The notes under the pieces: generated by a model | Database searches by the model: none | What the model was told of the DNA's origin: nothing | The model's input: only the letters and a program-made list of their open reading frames with translations | Shown here: positions 57,208-64,000 of the stretch, piece by piece | How positions within the stretch are numbered: the stretch's first letter is position 1 | Layout of the letters: each line of letters begins with the position of its first letter | IMG/VR virus record: IMGVR_UViG_3300045988_058553 | Coordinates: 119,095-183,094 of that record | Length of the DNA stretch: 64,000 nucleotides | Strand: one strand, 5' to 3' | Origin: a virus | Program-made: the position numbers and the translations under genes

Positions 57208-59568
57208 ATGCCTAGAAAGAAAAAAATATTACCTGAAGAAATCTAGAATATAGTAGATTAGGTAAGAGAGAAAGAACAAAAAGAGGATGCCAAAGAAGCT
57301 AGAGAACTAGTATAGAAGATAAGAGAGGAAAGGGGCAAAAATGCTGATTATTGGGATGTAAAGAGAGGAGATAAGATAGAGGTATTTGACCCTACTTTAT
57401 CTTATGAAATAACTGGATATAGACCAATAGATGAAACACATGGTCTTGACTTCGACCCAGATTGGTTTACTGAGACCAGAGAAGTGTATAGAAAAACTGG
57501 AAAGTATTGTCCATATCTAAAAGATAGTAAGAGATATAATGAGTTTTGGAAGGAATAGTATAGAAGATGTAAATATGGAATGACTGTTAATGGTTATACA
57601 ATTACTGGAGATAATTATTTCTTCCTAAACTTCTACTAGCTTCCTATTATTGATGATAACAAGGCATCTGGAGAAGGAACAAGTAGTGACTTTCCTATAT
57701 TTTTCGCATCTCATTATATGTTCTTTCATTATCTATAGATGGCTAGAGTTCTGCATAAACACGCAGCTCTTATGAAAGCTCGTTCTATTGGATTCTCCGA
57801 AATAAATGCGTCCTTATCTGCAAGAATGTATTCAGTAATCAGAAGAAGCAGAGTAATGATTACCTGTTTTAATGATACCTTCCTTAAAGGTACTTTTAGT
57901 AAGTTTGATAATGCTTTAACATTCTTGAATACTTGTACAGGAGGAGGATTCTTCAAACTACGTTTGATTGACCAAGACTTAAGAAAGAAGTCTGGTAAAC
58001 AGATTAAGGTAAACGGACAGTTTGAGGATGTTGGATTTAAATCAGAAGTAGTTGGAATAAATGGAGCTAAGGCATCTAATATTCGTGGAGACCGTGTTGA
58101 CCTATTAATATACGATGAAGCGGGGTCTTGGCCCGGACTAGATACTGCTGTAGTGCAGGGACAAGAGCTTTGTGAAGTTCAGGGTAAACCTCGTGGAACA
58201 ATGTTATTTGGAGGTACTGGTGGTGATATGGGTGCTCCATTAGCAGGTCTTAAGAAGATATATTATAATCCAAAAGCTTACAAAGTTCTTCCATTTAGAC
58301 ATAATTATACCCAGGATGGGACTACTATTGAAAGTGGGTTCTTCATTCCATATTTTGTCTAGTCTCTAAATTCAGAATACATGGACCATAGAGGTGTATG
58401 TAATACAGTAGAATATAAAAAGTATCTATAGGAAGAGCGTGACAATTTATTAGCAGTTCCAGACGACTATCTAAAGAAGTGTGCCGAACGATGTTGGAAT
58501 GCAGAAGAAGCATTTAATCTTGAAGGTGTTAACAAGTTCAACAAGATTCTTATTGCGGACCAGTTAGCTAATATAAGACTTAAGAAAATAGGACCAAGAC
58601 CAGAATCTGGATACATAGACTACTTCTATAAAAACAATAAACACACCTAGGATAACATAGATGGTTTTAAATGGATTCCTAATATTAACGGAAAAGTAAA
58701 AATACTTGAACATCCTGTATGGTCTGATTTGTATAAAGAGTAGATGGATAAACTTAGATAGGAAGCCGAGGAAAGGGGAGAAGAATTTGAATCTCCAGCG
58801 TACAAAGAAATGCATGATTTATATGTTGCAGGAATAGACGGTATTGATATAGGAGCTAGTCAAACTTCAAAAGAAACAAGAGATCCTTCTGATTTCTGTA
58901 TAACTATAAAAAGAAGAGCATTTGGTCTAAACGAACCGTAGTATGTTGCTATGTATAAAGACAGACCTAATGACGTTAGAGAAGCTTATAAAATAGCTAT
59001 GTGTTTAGCTAGATACTATAATTGTAGAATAAACATAGAAGCTACCCGTGTAGGTATGATTACCTGGGCTAGAGAAAAGGGTTGTTTAAACTACTTTATG
59101 AAAAGACCTAGAGCTACTCTAACAGACGTTAAGAATGGAACTACTAAATAGTATGGAACACCTGCTACCAAAACTATTATAGAACAACATACTGATTTGA
59201 CTGCAGCCTTTATTGAGGATTTCTGTCATACTATATGGTTTGAAGAAATGTTAGACCAATTTACTGGATATAATGATGAGAATAAAGGTAAATTCGATAT
59301 TGTAGCCGCTGTAGGAATGACAGAATTGGCAGACTAGGAATTGTCAGGAAGATAGCCAGTGCTTGTTGAAAAAGAAGTTGAACAATTCCAAGATTATGGT
59401 TATTATTACGACGAGAGAGGAATCAAAAGATTTGGGGTTATACCAACTTCTAAGACTTTTGAAACTAACATACAAAAAAATGAATACGATGACCCATACA
59501 GAATTGAAACAAGTGATCCTAGGTTATATGAGAGACTTGTACAAAATGGAATACGTAGGTGGGCTTGA
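57208..59568 (+). CDS. terL: terminase large subunit (many in-frame TAG)
   Basis: Track ORFs 57,739, 58,951 and 59,359 are all in one frame with ATG 57,208 when TAG is read as sense. Walker-B-like LLIYDEAGSW and a Walker-A-like KARSIGFS. About 787 aa. Ends at TGA. Confidence 0.55.
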
Positions 59569-59824
59569 AATTCAGAACCTAGATCCAGTTGGTTATAAGG
59601 TATCATTTAACTTTGATAGGTCAGAGATGCCTTTAGTCATTATAGCTGATTTACCTGATGAAGAATTTCTCCCATTTATAAAGGAAGAATTAAGAAGTAG
59701 GAAGTTACAAAGAGTTAAATACTATAATGCAACTAAACTTCCTCCAGAACAGCATAATTTATGTTATGAAAGAAAAAGAACTGATAGACAAGACGAACGA
59801 GGCTATTGCGGAGCTTGTATATGA
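59531..59824 (+). CDS. hypothetical protein overlapping terL 3' end (alternative frame)
   Basis: Internal ATG of track ORF 59,363-59,824 (MRDLYKMEYVGG...). Overlaps both terL and the next gene, so it may not be expressed. Confidence 0.2.
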   Translation, partial: RDLYKMEYVGGLEIQNLDPVGYKVSFNFDRSEMPLVIIADLPDEEFLPFIKEELRSRKLQRVKYYNATKLPPEQHNLCYERKRTDRQDERGYCGACI

Positions 59825-61937
59825 TAAGTACGAATTATAGAAAGCCTATAATTACTATAACGGAAAGAGAGACCCAGAATAGTTTCGTTACCTGGAAGAA
59901 AACTTTGGAATAGGTAGTCCTACTTCTGTAGAATTTACACCATTACTAAAAAAGCACGTAGATGCTCTAGTAGGGGAATATCTAGGAACCCCTATCCTTC
60001 CGAAGATTTCTTGTAAGGATTCAGATACCATTAGTAATATCACCAGAGAAAAGTAGTTAGAAATAACTAAAGGGATAGTTAAATTTCTTAGAGACCATTT
60101 AAGTAATTCTATTCTGAAATTTATCGACGGAAAAGATATTACAGATAAAGCCGTGAAGACTTAGTTAGATAAAATTATTCAAGACATTGATTAGTCTTTT
60201 ATTTCTCAATATGAGATAGCTGCATAGAATATTATTCATTATATCATGTAGTCTAGAGAAACTGATTTAATAACTAAACTCCGATAGTTACTTACAGATT
60301 TATTAATTACTGGCTATACATTTTTCAGAGTAAAATCATCATCTTCTGGAACTAACATAGAAATAGAAGTTCTGAATCCTTTAAATACTTTCGTAGATAG
60401 GAATCCAGAATCTCCATATGTTAAAAATTCGTACAGAGTAGTAGTTAGAAAATGGATGAGTAAAAGCTAGATATTAGCTAAATACGGAAAAGAAATCTCT
60501 AGAGAAGATTTGAAAAGACTAAAAGACGAATGGAGAGCTGATGATTCGGCTGCAGTTTATAGAAGAGTTTATGGTGACACTTGTACTATAGTAAATGAAG
60601 ACTAGAATCATGAAACTATTCCTGGATATCCAGATAATGAATATAGTGCTCATAGATTTTAGTTAATTCCTGTTTATGATGTAGAGTGGATAGAAACTGA
60701 TGACGATTTTGTGATGTAGAGATACAATACTATTAGAATTGGAGAAGAAATATATATTCTGAGAGGTCTAGACAAGACTGTTATGAGGTCAAAAGATAAT
60801 CCTAATTTCTGCTCTTTGTCTGTGAATGGGGTATATTTTTTAAATCGTTCTCAACAACCATACTCCCTGATATTAAAATGTGCACATCTATAGGATAGAT
60901 ATGACTTGTTAAATTATTATAGGGATAACCTGATAGCTAACAGCGGTACTGCTGGAGTAATCATGGATATGTCATTGCTTCCTACTAACCTAGGCGTAAA
61001 ATGGCCAGAAAGAGTGTAGAAATGGTTAGCATACAAGAAGGGTGGTATCATGTGGATTGATTCCACTTAGGAGGGAAGAAATGACGGAGCGCAAGCACCT
61101 AACTAGATATACAATGGATTTGATGATACCTTAAAAGCTTAGGCTGTATAGGCTATTGAATTAGCAATTCAATCAGTAGAACAAACTACATCATCTATAA
61201 CTGGAGTATTTAGAGAAAGATTAAACGGAATAGAGACTCACGATGCTGTAACTAATATTAAGCAAGGTGTTACTAACTCTTACATAGTAACCAAGCATTA
61301 TTTCTAGTAGATGGACCTAATCACTTGTGAGATATTATTGGATAGTCTAAACTAGGCTAAAATAACATATAAGAAAGGATTGACTGGTACTATTATACTT
61401 GGAGATAAATACTAGCAGATATTTACAGCGCTTCCAGAATATTTTACGGTTACTGATTATGACATCCATATAACTTCTAGCTCTGAAGTAATGGAGGATT
61501 TACAAACTATTAAAGCTATTATTCCAGAGTTTGTTAAAAGTCAGCAAATGGATCCTGACATCATATTTGAAGCACTAACTGCTAAGAGTCTTACAGACCT
61601 TAAATATAAAGTTAAGAAAGCAGTATAGATTCGTAAAGAAGAAAACAATTAGCTATAGCAGCTATAGGAAAAACTGGAAGAAACTTCACAATAGGCATAG
61701 CAGTTATAGCAAGAACTATAGAAAGCTTAGTAGAAGATAGAAAGTTTGGATGAGTAGAGATTAGGATTAGAATAGCAGAAAATGTAGTTAGAATATAAGG
61801 TTAACTGGCTAAAAGTTCAATCCGATTCTACGTATAAAGATAGACAAATGGATATAGAAGAAAAGAGAACTGAAATAGAGTTGGCTTAGCTTCACGATGG
61901 AAATCCATATAATGACAAAATAAGACAATTATATTAA
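59766..61937 (+). CDS. putative portal protein (about 30 in-frame TAG)
   Basis: 723-codon frame from ATG 59,766 to TAA 61,935 with only TAG interruptions. Q-rich C-terminus if TAG=Gln. Size and position after terL suggest portal. Confidence 0.4.
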
Positions 61938-62132
61938 AATGGGAACAATTTGGATAGAAGGCAATTTAAAAGTTTGGCAAGGCCAGTGAAGATTATTTCT
62001 GAACAAGTCGAAACTAAAAAAGCTTGTATTTTATTAGAAGATAACAAAAAAGAGTCTAATAAAGAATCTTAGAATAAAAGTTATTAGAATGGAGATTATT
62101 AGAAAAATAACACATGGATTAAATAAGGTACA

Positions 62133-63680
62133 ATGGCAACTGATATCAAAATATCTCAAATGCCTTCTGCTGGTAAATTATCTGGAACTGAAATAATTCC
62201 TATTGTACAAGATGGAGTTAATAAATCCTCAACAGTAAATAAAATTAGAGAAGGCTTAGTTACTAATAATAAATTAGAAGAACAGATTAACACTCTTAAC
62301 TCTTCTTTGGGAGAGCTACAAAAAGAGCAATAGAGTCTAAGTAAACAAGTCACAGAGTTAAGCAGTAACGTAGACTTATACTCTTATGGAGTAGAATGGG
62401 ATATCACCGTATCTTCTCCTATCCTTACTAGAATAGGAAACCCACTGTTACATAAATCCCTCCCTATTTAGTCTGCTTACAGAGGATGTGTAGCAAATAA
62501 CGGTGTGGTAAATTACTATTTACATCCAGACGATTGGGCTTACAAAGAAGATGGAAGTACCCCTTCTGTGCTCGATGGAACTGATGGAACTGTAAGAGTT
62601 CACACTCCTAAATTTTATGGTAAATCAGGCTCTAATGGAAATAAAAGATGGGTTAGAATTTCTCTAGTAAAGCTTGATGATTCATGGGTAGAAATACCAG
62701 AACTATTAATTGACGCATATAGAAATACCGTTGATAATACTGTGTCAGCAACCCCTAAAGCTGTGTCCGTGGTCAATACTACAGAAGCATTTAGAGGTGG
62801 TGGAAATAGAGCACAATTCGATAAGTATCTAACTACTGAACTTGATACCAAAGATGCTTTTAGAAGCGATTTAGGAAAACCTAGAACTAATGTTTCTAGA
62901 GCTAATATGAGAACTTATGCTACAAATGCAGGTTCTGAATTATTATGCTATGAATATTATAAATGGATATTCTACTGGAACTATGTAATAGAATATGCTA
63001 ACTTTAACTCTCAGGCTGCCTATAATGCCGAGCTTACTTCTAATGGTTATCGTCAAGGAGGACTTGGTCCTGGAGTTACAGACTGGAGTAACTCTACTAC
63101 AAGTTGGTCTGGATATAATGGAACTTATCCAATAACGCCATGTGGGTATTGTAATGATATTGGTAACTTCACTGGAATCAAAGATTTAGTTATTCCAGAA
63201 TGTACTGCAACAAACGAAGCAGATATAGTAGCGACTAAGACATTTAAAGTTCCAAGATGGAGAGGTTTTGATAATCCATTTGGAGATATTTGGACAAACC
63301 TAGATGGAGTAGTTATTCAAAGAACTGCGGCAAATGAAATCAGTAGTGTATATACTACCACAAACAAGGAAGAGTTTACTGACGTAATTGGCAATAAGAC
63401 CGTAGCAGGATATGAGGTAGCGCAAGATGGATACATTAAAGAGTTTGACTTGGGAGAAACGGCAGAGATTATACCATCTTCTTGTACTGGAACCTCAACT
63501 ACAACTTATATGTGTGATTACCACTATTGCAACGTTAGCTCTACAGCGCTTCGCACGCTGCGGGTGGGCGGCAGCGCGGATGGTGGCGGCGGTGCGGGTC
63601 TCGGCTGTTTCTATTCTAACGGTGGCGTCGGCGTTGCCGGTTCCTCTGTCGGGTTCAGGACTCTGAATAGAGTATCTTAA
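62133..63680 (+). CDS. tail-fibre-like DGR variable protein 1 (contains VR2, 2 in-frame TAG)
   Basis: Track ORFs 62,133 and 62,505 are one frame via TAG. The C-terminus ...VGGSADGGGGAGLGCFYSNGGVGVAGSSVGFRTLNRVS is typical of CLec-fold DGR targets. Confidence 0.6.
63558..63653 (+). repeat. DGR variable repeat VR2
   Basis: 32 codons, in frame at the 3' end of the 62,133 gene. 29 substitutions against the TR, all at TR adenines (codons 3-32). Confidence 0.85.
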
Positions 63681-63758
63681 GATATACAATATAAAAATCG
63701 ATTTAGATGATAAATCGTAGGATATTACTTCTAAAAACCGTTGATTGGCAAAAAAGTA

Positions 63759-63854
63759 CTGCTAGTAGGCAGCAACGCGAATAATGGCAGCAATGCAGGT
63801 CTCAGCTATTTCAATTCTAACAATGACGTCAGCAATGCCAATTCCAATGTCGAG
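63759..63854 (+). repeat. DGR template repeat (TR)
   Basis: A-rich and AAT/AAC-codon-rich cognate of VR1 and VR2, 79 nt downstream of the target gene's stop. Confidence 0.85.
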
Positions 63855-64000
63855 TTATTATATATTTAGAAACATTTTATTATTTTTTTTTAGTTTGCTA
63901 AGTAATATCCTTGCCTCTAGGCAAAAAATAACGTAGTGTTGAATGAAGGGTGTTAGTAGGTTATCTCGAACGCTTCCGATGAAATATATAAAAAATTGAA

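Noticed and set aside
59363-59824. ORF 59,363-59,824 as a full-length gene
   Set aside because: Its first 200 nt overlap the terL C-terminus in another frame. Only the distal part (from 59,531) is possibly real, and even that overlaps the portal start.
1-64000. CRISPR arrays, rRNA genes, integrase/attachment site
   Set aside because: No direct-repeat/spacer architecture, no rRNA-like conserved stretches and no tyrosine or serine recombinase motifs were seen in the window.

Overview
This window looks like a fragment of a crAss-like (Crassvirales-type) Bacteroidota phage genome with three sectors.

(1) 1-21,100, all on the minus strand: an early/replication module written in the standard code. 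Calls include a TOPRIM/primase-like protein, an SSB-like protein, a P-loop ATPase, a DnaB-like helicase, an SF2 helicase, RNase H and HAD phosphatases. It also holds an NAD+ salvage/reconstitution gene set (a Prs-like protein plus a NAMPT-like protein).

(2) 21,100-49,500, mostly minus strand: an accessory region carrying 21 tRNA genes interleaved with homing endonucleases (3 GIY-YIG, 3 HNH). It also contains tRNA fragments, an NfeD-flotillin pair, an OmpA-like protein, a radical-SAM protein and a glucosaminidase.

(3) 49,700-64,000, plus strand: a late module. Calls include an HNH-like protein, a terminase large subunit, a putative portal protein and a tail-fibre-like protein.

In-frame TAG codons occur only in the late genes, the homing endonucleases and one large minus-strand gene (45,028-46,218). 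A tRNA-Gln-derived amber suppressor tRNA(CUA) sits at the head of the late module. This indicates TAG->Gln recoding restricted to late expression. A second Gln-like tRNA with anticodon UUA is also present.

The strongest finding is a diversity-generating retroelement signature. A 96-bp A-rich template repeat (63,759-63,854) lies just downstream of the tail-fibre-like gene. Two GC-rich variable repeats (63,558-63,653 and 38,902-38,994 on the opposite strand) differ from it only at template adenines.

No CRISPR arrays and no rRNA genes were found.
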